64,000 nt of DNA. Source: Candidatus Latescibacterota bacterium (GTDB lineage: Bacteria; Latescibacterota; UBA2968). The DNA lies in NCBI GenBank assembly GCA_965205975.1, contig OZ242195.1:5152001-5216000 (forward strand). The letters run 5' to 3'. A program made the position numbers and the translations under genes. Position 1 is the stretch's first letter; every line of letters starts with the position of its first letter. The notes beneath the pieces are model-generated. The model did not search any database. It saw only the letters and a list, made by a program, of their open reading frames with translations, and had not been told where the DNA came from. Shown in pieces: positions 1-9,244 of the stretch.

Positions 1-88
1 TGGCCTCTTTTATCAATTCATCCCGAAAGGCTGGATCGCGCTGGATGCGAGCCTTTATCGTTTCTTTAAAATCACATGTAAGTGTCAT
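1..88 (-). CDS. Putative DNA-binding/antidote-like small protein, N-terminus only (runs off window)
   Basis: Manual translation from ATG at 88: MTLTCDFKETIKARIQRDPAFRDELIKEA, resembling the 'MALTRDFKETVQARxQRDPAFR' addiction-module antidote/regulator family; not in the ORF track. Confidence 0.65.
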   Translation of the reverse strand, partial: MTLTCDFKETIKARIQRDPAFRDELIKEA

Positions 89-106
89 ATCTCTCTGTAG
101 TCTTTT

Positions 107-205
107 TCATTCGATCAGATCGTCCAGTTCCACGTCTAAAATGGTCGAGAGTCGGCGGAATATATCTGCTGTTCCGGACTTTTGACCATTTTCAATAATT
201 CTCAA
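107..205 (-). pseudogene. C-terminal remnant of an XRE-family HTH protein
   Basis: Manual translation LRIIENGQKSGTADIFRRLSTILDVELDDLIE*, matching the second half of an XRE HTH (IEnG...s...l.rla..L.v.ldDLi); no N-terminal half. Confidence 0.5.
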
Positions 206-217
206 TCGTTCCTTTTT

Positions 218-604
218 CTATTCGCCCCTGCCGCCAATCACGAGCAAAAAGGCACTGTCCTCCAGGGCTTTGACGCTATGAGGTAAGTGGGCTGCACAAA
301 CCGCAGCGTCACCTGTTCTCAGTGGCTTAGATTCAGTGGCTGTCGAGAACTCGAGATGTCCAGATAGGGCTGTGACGGTGATTGGTCCAGGGGCGGTATG
401 TTCGTGAAGTATAGCCTGGTCCTTTAATACTATCAAGACAACAGTCAAATCGTTTCCATGCACTAAGGACAAGGAGTTGCGTCCCGCATGGTCAATAACA
501 TCCTCCTTCATGAGTTGTTCGGCCATACTTAACAGAGAAAAAGACGTAACGGTAGAATCGGTTATTTCGATAGGCCGAAAAGGACGTTCATAGGCCTGGC
601 TCAT
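218..604 (-). CDS. Cupin domain protein
   Basis: LHEHTAPGPITVTALSG...GDAAV...HLPHSVKALEDS cupin motifs; AAGGAG RBS upstream. Confidence 0.85.
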   Translation of the reverse strand: MSQAYERPFRPIEITDSTVTSFSLLSMAEQLMKEDVIDHAGRNSLSLVHGNDLTVVLIVLKDQAILHEHTAPGPITVTALSGHLEFSTATESKPLRTGDAAVCAAHLPHSVKALEDSAFLLVIGGRGE

Positions 605-731
605 GTATTGTATCTCCTTAAAGGGCTATGTGAGCTATTTCAAATGCCGGAATATTGCGACTCTCTCGGCTGAACTCTACTTACCTGGCGATTTCAGTTG
701 TATTACTTAGATGGGCAGTATGATACCTCTC

Positions 732-1838
732 TCACTGCGCCAGCCAGGCACTGAAGCGCTCGTTCATTTCGTCGATGTGATCGCTCCACCATTCCCAGGA
801 ATTTCGCAGGGCGCGCTTAGAATTTTCCGGGCTGTTGGGCATGTGGGGGTTCATTTCCACGCCTTTCTCGGCGTGTGTCGATATTAGTGCCTCCGCAGAG
901 TGGCGCGTGGGGCTGTAGGCGATGTAACGGCCGACGCCAGCTATGGCTTTCGCTGTTGCGGCGAAATTGAGAAATTTCTTTGCGGCTTCGAGGTTCCGCG
1001 TTCCCGCGACAATGACAAGCCCGCCAGTGTCCAGTATTTGCCCGTCCCATACGATGACAAAGGGCTGATCTTCCAATACCTGTGCATTGAAGATGCGTCC
1101 GTTGTAGGCCGTGGACATCACGACCTCGCCATCGGCGAGCATCTGCGGTGGCTGTGCCCCGGCTTCCCACCATACGATGTGGTCTTTGATGGTGTCCAGC
1201 TTGCGAAAGGCGCGATCTACGCCTTCGGGCGTATTGAGGGTGGGATATACTTTGTTGAGCGGTACGCCGTCGGCGATCAGCGCGAATTCCAGGTTTGCCA
1301 GAGGTGTGCGGCGCATGCCTCGGCGTCCGGGAAATTTTTCGAGGTCAAAGAAGTCGGCCATTGTGGTGGGTTTTTCACCCTGGATATTCTCTTCGTTGTA
1401 CGCATATACGGTGGAGTAAAATATCGTTGCCGGACCGCAATCCGTCATCGTTCCGAGCGGAAAATCCTGTGCCGCAGGCGTTCCATCGGCTCCCGCTGGC
1501 AGCGAGTTGACAGGGATGAGTTCAAGCAGGCCCTCGTCACAGCCTCGCACCATGTCGGGGATTTCCATATCGACGACGTCCCAATGCACATTGCCCGACT
1601 CGACCTGTGCGCGAATCTGCGCCAGCCCGCCGTTGTAGTCTTCGAGGTTGATTTTAATACCTGTTTCAGCGGTGAACACCTCGTGGTAGCCTTTGACGCA
1701 GGCGCGTGCATAAGATCCGCCCCAGGAGACCACGGTCAGTGGTCTATCGTTGGCTACTGCACGATCTGAGGTCCATATCGCCAGTGCGGTCAGTACAGTT
1801 AGATAAAATGCCGTTTTACGCTTGTTTTGCCACTTCAA
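732..1838 (-). CDS. ABC transporter substrate-binding protein (PotD/PotF-like polyamine/opine family), copy 2
   Basis: LTVVSWGGSY...WDVVD...DFFDLEKFPGRRGMR motifs; probable TTG start at 1838 behind AAGGAGG RBS (track ORF is over-extended). Confidence 0.88.
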   Translation of the reverse strand: MKWQNKRKTAFYLTVLTALAIWTSDRAVANDRPLTVVSWGGSYARACVKGYHEVFTAETGIKINLEDYNGGLAQIRAQVESGNVHWDVVDMEIPDMVRGCDEGLLELIPVNSLPAGADGTPAAQDFPLGTMTDCGPATIFYSTVYAYNEENIQGEKPTTMADFFDLEKFPGRRGMRRTPLANLEFALIADGVPLNKVYPTLNTPEGVDRAFRKLDTIKDHIVWWEAGAQPPQMLADGEVVMSTAYNGRIFNAQVLEDQPFVIVWDGQILDTGGLVIVAGTRNLEAAKKFLNFAATAKAIAGVGRYIAYSPTRHSAEALISTHAEKGVEMNPHMPNSPENSKRALRNSWEWWSDHIDEMNERFSAWLAQ

Positions 1839-1876
1839 GTTATTTCCTCCTTGTACAGATATGAATAGAATATCCC

Positions 1877-2977
1877 TTACTGCGCCAGCCAGGTGCTGAA
1901 GCGCTCGTTCATTTCGTCGATGTGAACGCTCCACCATTCCCAGGCATTTCGCAGGGCGCGCTTAGAATTTTGCGGGCTGTTGGGCATGTGGGGATTCATA
2001 TCCACACCCTTCTCGGCGTGTGTCGATATTAGTGCCTCCGCAGAGTGGCGCGTGGGGCTGTAGGCGATGCGACTACCGACACCGGCCATGGCCTTCGCTG
2101 TTGAGGCAAAATTGAGAAATTTCTTTGCGGCTTCGAGATTCTGGGTTCCCGCGACAATAGCAAGTCCAGATAGATCCAGTATTTGTCCGTCCCACACGAT
2201 GACGAATGGCTGATTTTCCAGCACTTGAGCATTGAAGATGCGCCCGTTGTAAGCCGTGGTCATGACCACCTCGCCATCGGCGAGCATCTGCGGTGGCTGT
2301 GCTCCGGCTTCCCACCATACGATGTGGTCTTTGATGGTGCCCAGCTTGCGGAAGGCGCGATCCACGCCTTCGGGCGTGTCGAGGGTGGCATATACCTTGT
2401 TGAGCGGTACGCCGTCGGCGATTAGCGCGAATTCCAGGTTCTCCTGGGGTGAGCGGCGCATGCCTCTGCGTCCAGGGAATTTTTCGAGGTCAAAGAAATC
2501 GGCTATTGTGGTGGGTTTTTCGCCCGGGATATTCTCCTTGTTGTACGCGTATATGGTGGAGTAAAACAGTGTTGCTACGCCACAGTCTGTCGATGTTCCG
2601 AACATAAAATCCTCTTCCGCAGGCGTTCCATCGGCTCCCGCTGGCAGCGAGTCGATCTCAACGTGTTCGAGCAGTCCTTCATCGCAGCCTTGCGCCCATG
2701 TCGGGAATCTCAAATCGACGACATCCCAATGCACATTGCCCGCTTGAACCTGTGCGCGAATCTGTGCCAGTCCGCCGTTGTATTCTTCGAGGTTGATTTT
2801 AATGCCTGTTTCAGCGGTGAATGCCTCGTGGTAGCCTTTGACACATGCGCGCGCATAAGATCCTCCCCAGGAGACCACAGTCAGCGGTCGGTCTTCCGCA
2901 AAATCGCAGCCCAGAGTCAACATCGCCAGCGCGGCTATTATCGCGGTGCATAATGTCTTTCTCTGTTTGGTATTCAT
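1877..2977 (-). CDS. ABC transporter substrate-binding lipoprotein (PotD/PotF-like), copy 1
   Basis: Same motifs as copy 2; signal peptide with lipobox-like LTLGC. Confidence 0.9.
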   Translation of the reverse strand: MNTKQRKTLCTAIIAALAMLTLGCDFAEDRPLTVVSWGGSYARACVKGYHEAFTAETGIKINLEEYNGGLAQIRAQVQAGNVHWDVVDLRFPTWAQGCDEGLLEHVEIDSLPAGADGTPAEEDFMFGTSTDCGVATLFYSTIYAYNKENIPGEKPTTIADFFDLEKFPGRRGMRRSPQENLEFALIADGVPLNKVYATLDTPEGVDRAFRKLGTIKDHIVWWEAGAQPPQMLADGEVVMTTAYNGRIFNAQVLENQPFVIVWDGQILDLSGLAIVAGTQNLEAAKKFLNFASTAKAMAGVGSRIAYSPTRHSAEALISTHAEKGVDMNPHMPNSPQNSKRALRNAWEWWSVHIDEMNERFSTWLAQ

Positions 2978-2980
2978 GTC

Positions 2981-4084
2981 TTAATCCTCCTCCTCGTCCG
3001 GGTCGAGCACCCGGCAGTCTGTTGGTGTCCAGCCGATGCGAATTTTATCGCCTTTCAGCACGGCTCCGTGTCCCACGATGTTAGGTATTTTTGCGATGAA
3101 ATCCGAGGACTCGCACACGTTCAGGCGAAGGCGCAGATGGTCGCCTAAAAAGGTGATGTCCTCGATTTTTACTTCGAGTTCATTGGTGTACAGACCCGGT
3201 TCGGGTTCTATGGCGACGCGTTCCGGGCGAATCGATAGCGTGGTGGCGTCGCCGCTCTGACAGGGTGCAACGCGCAATGCCTGAATGATTTGGCCCCCGG
3301 TTTCTACTTCGCAGATGTCCCCATTTACGTTTTTTACGCGGCCGTGCAGGCGGTTGTTTTCGCCGATGAAGCGGGCTACAAATGAACGCTCTGGCTCTTC
3401 GTAGAGGGCCTCGGGTTCGGCAATTTGCTGGATGTCTCCCCCGCGCAGGACAGCGATGCGGTTCGACATTACCATGGCCTCTTGCTGGTCGTGCGTGACG
3501 TAAACAATGGTTACACCGAGACTCTGGTGGATACGGCGGATCTCGTACTGCATCTCCTCGCGCAGGCGTCGGTCAAGTGCGCCAAGGGGTTCGTCCATTA
3601 GCACCAGATCGGGTTCAAATACCAGTGCGCGGGCGATTGCCACGCGTTGCTGCTGACCGCCAGAGAGTTGGTTGGGCCGCCGGTCTTCCAGGCCGCTGAG
3701 GCGAACCAGGTCCAGGGCACGCACCACGCGTTCGCGACACTGCTCGCGGTCAAATCCTCGTACTTCAAGGGGAAAGGCGAGGTTGCCGCCCACTGTCATG
3801 TGTGGAAAGAGCGCGTAGTTCTGAAATACCATGCCAATGCCTCGCCTGCGCGGGGGTAGTGCGTGTACAGAACGCCCGTCAATGCGGATGTCGCCCGAGG
3901 TGGGTGCCTCGAAGCCGGCAAGCATCATCAGGCAGGTGGTTTTCCCCGACCCGGATGGGCCGAGTAAGGTTAGAAATTCGCCCTTTCGGACGCTGAAATT
4001 GACGTTTTGGACAATTAGTGTGCTTCCGTCGTAACTTTTGCAGACATTCTCAAATTCGACGTAAGCGTTATCGTTTGGGGGCAT
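2981..4084 (-). CDS. ABC transporter ATP-binding protein (PotA-like, with TOBE domain)
   Basis: Walker A GPSGSGKT, signature LSGGQQQ, Walker B VLMDEP, H-loop VTHDQ. Confidence 0.93.
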   Translation of the reverse strand: MPPNDNAYVEFENVCKSYDGSTLIVQNVNFSVRKGEFLTLLGPSGSGKTTCLMMLAGFEAPTSGDIRIDGRSVHALPPRRRGIGMVFQNYALFPHMTVGGNLAFPLEVRGFDREQCRERVVRALDLVRLSGLEDRRPNQLSGGQQQRVAIARALVFEPDLVLMDEPLGALDRRLREEMQYEIRRIHQSLGVTIVYVTHDQQEAMVMSNRIAVLRGGDIQQIAEPEALYEEPERSFVARFIGENNRLHGRVKNVNGDICEVETGGQIIQALRVAPCQSGDATTLSIRPERVAIEPEPGLYTNELEVKIEDITFLGDHLRLRLNVCESSDFIAKIPNIVGHGAVLKGDKIRIGWTPTDCRVLDPDEEED

Positions 4085-4262
4085 TAGTTTGTCCTATCCA
4101 GGGTCCAGAAAACACAGATCGACAAGTTGGCGGATCAAAGTTTGAAGTAAATTCAAAATTACTCAAATGTCAACGTCTTTCCTCTTTCGCCATGTCTCGC
4201 TTCGCTATATATTTTAGCAGCTATCATCAACATTTAATATTTTTGCAGAGGAGTCAGATTGT

Positions 4263-5027
4263 ATGCGGTACAAACGCGTTGTTCTCAAACTCAGTGGCGG
4301 TGCTGTTTCAGGTGCTTTGGAATCGGGATTTGACCCGGAGGCACTCGAACATATTGCCGACGAAATTCTCGGTATTCACAGCCGGGGTATTGAAATCGGC
4401 ATTGTTATTGGCGGGGGCAATATCTTTCGGGGCGAACAGAGTGTGCGGTGGGGCATTGAACGTTCCGAAGCCGATAATATCGGTATGCTTGGCACTATTA
4501 TCAACAGCCTGATGCTGCGCGGTGTGCTCAATGCCAAAAGCGATGCCGAGGTGCGCGTGATGACCGCGATTCCGATTAACGCAGTTGCAGAACCCTTTAT
4601 TCGCCTGGTTGCTGCTCGGCATCTCGATAAGGGGTATATTGTCATTTTTGCCGGTGGTATTGGCAATCCCTTTCTCACCACCGATTATCCCGGTGTACAG
4701 CGCGCGCTCGAAGTGCGCGCAGAAGCCATTTTGTTTGCCAAGCATAAAACCAATGGCATTTATACAGACGATCCGAACAAAAACCCCGATGCCAAACTCT
4801 ATCGCTGCATCAGTCACGATACAATTATTCAAAAGAATCTGGGTGCTCTGGATCAGTCCGCAGTGATTCTCGCGCGTGACCATCATTTGCCGATTCACGT
4901 TTTCGATTTTGAACAAAAAGGCATGATGCGCCGTATTGTGGAGGGTGAGGATGTCGGCACACTGATTACCCAAACGCCAGAAGATGTGCTTGAGGAAGAA
5001 ACAGTCATCCAGGAGAACGCCATATGA
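4263..5027 (+). CDS. pyrH: UMP kinase (divergent PyrH type)
   Basis: YKRVVLKLSG, IVIGGGNIFRG, DNIGMLGTIIN, GNPFLTTD, GIYTDDP motifs. Confidence 0.88.
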   Translation: MRYKRVVLKLSGGAVSGALESGFDPEALEHIADEILGIHSRGIEIGIVIGGGNIFRGEQSVRWGIERSEADNIGMLGTIINSLMLRGVLNAKSDAEVRVMTAIPINAVAEPFIRLVAARHLDKGYIVIFAGGIGNPFLTTDYPGVQRALEVRAEAILFAKHKTNGIYTDDPNKNPDAKLYRCISHDTIIQKNLGALDQSAVILARDHHLPIHVFDFEQKGMMRRIVEGEDVGTLITQTPEDVLEEETVIQENAI

Positions 5028-6298
5028 AACTCCTCGTCGTCGGCAAGGGCGGGCGCGAACACGCCTTTGTCTGGAAACTTGCCCAAAGCAGCAAGATTAC
5101 CAGGTTATACGCAGCACCCGGAAGCCCGGGTATGGCGCAATATGCCGAATGTGTCGATATTTCGGATAGCGATCTCAATGGTCTGGTAGATTTTGCACAA
5201 CGGGAGGGTATTGACATTTCGGTCATCGGTCCCGAAGCTCCCCTTGCAGATGGTATTGTCGATGTTTTCGCGCAACGGGGTCTCGCTGTTTTTGGTCCCA
5301 CACAGGCAGCGGCGCAAATTGAAGCGGACAAAGATTTTGCGCTTGAACTTATGCATAAATACGATATTCCAACCGGTGCTTATGAAACTTTTGTGGATGC
5401 TGAAACGGCTAAGGTACGGCTCAGGGAATGGCAACACCCGCTCTATCTCAAAGTGAGCGGTCTCGCTGCGGGCAAAGGGGCGATTTATTGTGAGACGCTG
5501 CAAGATTCCTATAAAACCGTGGATGAAGTGATGGTGAAACGCGCCTTTGGCGCGTCGGGTGACAAGCTGGTTGCGATGGCGTTGCTCGAGGGGGAAGAAG
5601 CGTCGATATTTGGATTTTCAGATGGTGAAAATATTGTTTGTGTTGTGCCTTCGCAAGACCATAAGACGATTGGCGAGGGCGATGTGGGGCTCAATACGGG
5701 TGGTATGGGTGCGTATGCGCCTGCTCCGATTATTACGCCTGAACTCTTTGACGATATTGTTCTGCGCATTATGAAGCGCACGGTACACGCCCTGGCACAG
5801 GAGGATCGTCCATACAAAGGCATTCTCTACGGTGGTATTATTGTCACGGCTGATGGTCCCAAAGTAATTGAATTTAACTGCCGCATGGGCGATCCAGAAA
5901 CGCAGGTGGTTCTCCCATTGATCAAAACCGATTTCGTAGATATAATTGAGGCTGTGTGCAATGGTTCGGTGGCGGATCTCAATATTGAACTCGACAACCG
6001 CGCGGCGACCTGCGTGGTTATGGCTTCGGGAGGCTATCCCGAAGCATACGATACCGGCTTTCCCATTTCTGGTATTGATCGCGCCGAGGCACCGGGCGAT
6101 GTGATCGTTTTTCACGCTGGCACGGGACGCGAAGACGATCAACTCGTCACCAATGGCGGGCGCGTTATCGGCGTTACTGCAATCGGCGATACGATCAAAT
6201 CTTCCATCGATCGCGCTTATAAAGCAGTGGGCAAAATTGATTTTGACAAGGCCTATTTCCGAAGGGATATTGGGCATCGCGCTTTGACAAATGCGTGA
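5024..6298 (+). CDS. purD: Phosphoribosylamine-glycine ligase
   Basis: GKGGREHA, GLAAGKG, QDHK, NTGGMGAY, EFNCRMGDPETQ, TNGGRV, FRRDIG; ATGA overlap with the upstream gene. Confidence 0.96.
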   Translation: MKLLVVGKGGREHAFVWKLAQSSKITRLYAAPGSPGMAQYAECVDISDSDLNGLVDFAQREGIDISVIGPEAPLADGIVDVFAQRGLAVFGPTQAAAQIEADKDFALELMHKYDIPTGAYETFVDAETAKVRLREWQHPLYLKVSGLAAGKGAIYCETLQDSYKTVDEVMVKRAFGASGDKLVAMALLEGEEASIFGFSDGENIVCVVPSQDHKTIGEGDVGLNTGGMGAYAPAPIITPELFDDIVLRIMKRTVHALAQEDRPYKGILYGGIIVTADGPKVIEFNCRMGDPETQVVLPLIKTDFVDIIEAVCNGSVADLNIELDNRAATCVVMASGGYPEAYDTGFPISGIDRAEAPGDVIVFHAGTGREDDQLVTNGGRVIGVTAIGDTIKSSIDRAYKAVGKIDFDKAYFRRDIGHRALTNA

Positions 6299-6329
6299 GT
6301 AAGGGAGTCCCTTAATGAGGAGGTAAAAA

Positions 6330-6593
6330 ATGGCATTTATAGAACATGGTAAGGTACAAGATGGGAGTATTTTGCTCTCCAAGCCTTTGCCCTTGCCCGA
6401 AGGGACAGAAGTGGTCATACATGTTGAGCCGATTAACACTGCTCGCCAAAGCACTACGCCTGATGAACGCGAAAATTTTACCGCCTTACCTTTTTTTGGT
6501 ATGTGGGCGGAACGCGAAGATATGAGTGATAGTGCATCATGGGTGCGAAAGGAAAGACAGAAGTGGCACAAACGAATCATACCCCCGGAGTGA
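6330..6593 (+). CDS. Putative antitoxin (VapB-like, AF2212/DUF104-like N-terminus)
   Basis: 87 aa; G.v..G.i....PL.LPEGTEV.I N-terminus and FFGMWAEREDM..S..WVR motif; overlaps the downstream PIN gene. Confidence 0.7.
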   Translation: MAFIEHGKVQDGSILLSKPLPLPEGTEVVIHVEPINTARQSTTPDERENFTALPFFGMWAEREDMSDSASWVRKERQKWHKRIIPPE

Positions 6594-6961
6594 TTGATAC
6601 TGATATTCTTATTGATGCAACGAGGGGTATCGTAGATGCAGTCACGTTTTTGGCGGCTCATCAAGTATCGGGCATCCAAATTAGTACCATTTCCGCTATG
6701 GAATTAGTCGTGGGGTGTCGCAACAAAGCAGAGTTGAATCAGCTACAGCAATTCCTTCAAAAATGTACTGTTTTGCCTGTTACTACCACTGCCTCACAGA
6801 TCGCCTATCAACTGATGGAAACATTTTTTCTAAGCTACGGACTTCTTATGCCCGACGCGCTTATTGCAGCGACGGTTAAGGAGCGTGGACAGATCCTCTA
6901 TACCAAGAACGTGCGCCACTTTGATATGATTCCAGGGTTAACGGTCATTCGACCATACTGA
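6563..6961 (+). CDS. vapC: PIN-domain toxin (VapC family)
   Basis: IDTDILID, ISAMEL, DALIAAT, LYTKNVRHF PIN motifs; start uncertain (GTG 6563 or 6590). Confidence 0.88.
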   Translation: MAQTNHTPGVIDTDILIDATRGIVDAVTFLAAHQVSGIQISTISAMELVVGCRNKAELNQLQQFLQKCTVLPVTTTASQIAYQLMETFFLSYGLLMPDALIAATVKERGQILYTKNVRHFDMIPGLTVIRPY

Positions 6962-7048
6962 ACACGAGTTTTATTTCTCAACCAATTTGGCAACTAAGCG
7001 TTATAATGCGTATCTTTCTTGAACGCCAGATATTTCTGGAGGCATAAG

Positions 7049-8146
7049 ATGTCTTACAAAGCAGCGGTTATCGGTCTGGGGCGTATGGGCAGTACATTTG
7101 ATGACGAAATTACTCAGGGCGGGTCTATTTTCTTGCCCTATTGCCATGGTCCCACTTATTGCGCGCATTCGCAGACTGATCTCATTGCGGGGGCTGATCC
7201 CCACGATGAGCAGCGCGCTTTGTTTGGCGAGCGGTGGGGTATTGATAGCGATCATTTGTATGCCAATCATCGCGATTTGCTCGAAGACGCAAAACCCGAT
7301 ATCGTCAGTGTGACTACCACAGCGCGTTACCGTCCACAAATTGTAATGGACGCTGTTGATGCTGGTGTGAAAGCCTTGTGGGTGGAAAAACCCATTGCCT
7401 TTAGCCTTGAAGAAGCCGATGCTATGGTTAATGCTTGCCGGGAAAATGGCGTTCCCATCGCCGTGTATTGCTCGCGTCGTTACAATCCCTATTTCAGTGA
7501 AGCCCGCCGCATGATCGAAGCGGGGGATCTGGGCGATATTCTCCAGATTACCGCTTATGCCCAGTGTGGTTTGTCGCACAATGGCAGTCACGCGATTGAT
7601 ACGATTCGCTATCTCGCTGGTGGCGATGTTTCATGGGTTTTTGGAGAGATGGCGTCGGATGAAGATACCGCATCTGATGACGATCTGATGGGCAATGGAT
7701 ATCTCGCTTTTGACAATGGCGTTCGGGCGTATCTCCGCGGGACATCGACAGGTGTTGCTTCGTGGGAATTTGATATTATTGGGACAGAGGGCAGGGTTCG
7801 CACCTTATCGGATGCGCTTGAGTTTGAGTTTTTTCAAAGAGTTTCAGGCGGCCTGGGGAACCGGGGCGTCCCTGCGCGGTCTCCTTTCCCGCAGCCAGCG
7901 CGTCCCGTGGGTCAGGGTATTACCACTGTGGATGATCTGATTGATGCTATGGAGAACAACCGACCGCCGCGTTGCTCGGGAGCCGATGGTCGCGCTGCTC
8001 TCGAGGTTGCGATTGCTCTTCGGGAATCCCATCGCCGTGATGGCGTCCGCATTGACCTGCCTATTGAAGACAGGTCACTCAAAATTTTTTCCAGTGAGAC
8101 GCAAGCAGACCACACACCTGCGCGCGTGCGCCGGTTGAATCAGTAG
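7049..8146 (+). CDS. Gfo/Idh/MocA family oxidoreductase
   Basis: VIGLGRMG Rossmann motif, VEKPIA, NGSHAID; ATG at 7049 after GGAGG. Confidence 0.9.
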   Translation: MSYKAAVIGLGRMGSTFDDEITQGGSIFLPYCHGPTYCAHSQTDLIAGADPHDEQRALFGERWGIDSDHLYANHRDLLEDAKPDIVSVTTTARYRPQIVMDAVDAGVKALWVEKPIAFSLEEADAMVNACRENGVPIAVYCSRRYNPYFSEARRMIEAGDLGDILQITAYAQCGLSHNGSHAIDTIRYLAGGDVSWVFGEMASDEDTASDDDLMGNGYLAFDNGVRAYLRGTSTGVASWEFDIIGTEGRVRTLSDALEFEFFQRVSGGLGNRGVPARSPFPQPARPVGQGITTVDDLIDAMENNRPPRCSGADGRAALEVAIALRESHRRDGVRIDLPIEDRSLKIFSSETQADHTPARVRRLNQ

Positions 8147-8174
8147 AAAAATCTAAATACCAAAGGAGATTTTT

Positions 8175-8630
8175 ATGGCAGATCCAGTTGTTGGCATTAT
8201 TATGGGCAGTTCTTCGGATGAACCCACGATGGAAAAAGGCTGCGCCATTCTCGACGAACTCCAGATTCCCTACGATATGATCGTATGTTCCGCCCATCGC
8301 AATCCCGAGCGTACCGCTGAATACGCCAGTACGGCAAAGGCGCGTGGTTTGAAGGTGATCATTGCAGGTGCTGGTTTGGCCGCAGCACTGCCCGGCGTGA
8401 TTGCCGCGCATACGACTTTGCCGGTTGTTGGCGTTCCATGCGCTTCGGGTGCGCTCAACGGCGTTGATGCGTTATACGCTATTGTTCAGATGCCTCCAGG
8501 GGTTCCCGTTGCGACTGTGGGTATTGACAATGCGCGCAATGCCGCTGTGCTGGCAGCGCAAATTCTCGCGCTTTCAGACGAGGGCATACAAGAGCGCCTG
8601 CAAGCCTATAAAGATGCCCTGGGTGGATAA
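8175..8630 (+). CDS. purE: N5-CAIR mutase
   Basis: IMGSSSD, SAHRNPE, AGAGLAAALPG, VQMPPGVPVATV. Confidence 0.96.
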   Translation: MADPVVGIIMGSSSDEPTMEKGCAILDELQIPYDMIVCSAHRNPERTAEYASTAKARGLKVIIAGAGLAAALPGVIAAHTTLPVVGVPCASGALNGVDALYAIVQMPPGVPVATVGIDNARNAAVLAAQILALSDEGIQERLQAYKDALGG

Positions 8631-8657
8631 TACTATTGCGATTTAACGGAGGTTTTT

Positions 8658-9182
8658 TTGCAACGTCATATATTTGTTTTTATTGCTCTTCTTCTTGTAA
8701 GCTGCGACGCACCCAAAACAGATCGCGCATCGAATACCGACCAGTATCTCATTCCCGCGACGGCAGAGGAGATTCTCAAGGATGTGAAAAATACCGATGC
8801 CAGGGTCGTTCTCGTCAATGTCTGGGCAACGTGGTGTCCCCCATGTGTTGAAGAGTTTCCCGATTTGATGGCTGTTTATAATCAGTACAAAGATCAGGGT
8901 CTAAAGATCGTCTTTATTTCTGCTGATTCTGAAGGTCAGGCCGATGGCGCGATTGCCTTTCTCAAAGCGCACGGTGTTGATTTTCCAAGCTATATCAAGT
9001 TGAAGAGCGATGGGGCGTTTATCAATACATTAGACCCCGACTGGTGGGGCGCAATACCCGCTACATGGCTATACGACAGCGCGGGCAATAAACGCCATTT
9101 TTGGCTCGGGAAGACCTCGCGCGAACAATTTGAAGCGAAGATACGCGATGTATTGATGGGAGGCGGTCAAGGGGTACTTTAG
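8658..9182 (+). CDS. TlpA-like thioredoxin-fold lipoprotein
   Basis: NVWATWCPPCVEEFP; LLVSC lipobox; TTG start after GGAGG. Confidence 0.88.
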   Translation: MQRHIFVFIALLLVSCDAPKTDRASNTDQYLIPATAEEILKDVKNTDARVVLVNVWATWCPPCVEEFPDLMAVYNQYKDQGLKIVFISADSEGQADGAIAFLKAHGVDFPSYIKLKSDGAFINTLDPDWWGAIPATWLYDSAGNKRHFWLGKTSREQFEAKIRDVLMGGGQGVL

Positions 9183-9244
9183 GGTGCGCCTATCCGACAT
9201 TAAGACTATAGATACTCTCATACCACCAAATACAGGAGGATTCC

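Noticed and set aside
1839..1937. Extension of SBP copy 2 to 401 aa
   Set aside because: It overlaps the 3' end of copy 1 out of frame; a strong AAGGAGG precedes TTG at 1838
732..2977. Possible diversity-generating retroelement template/variable repeat pair
   Set aside because: Both copies are full ORFs, the differences are not adenine-specific, and no reverse transcriptase is present
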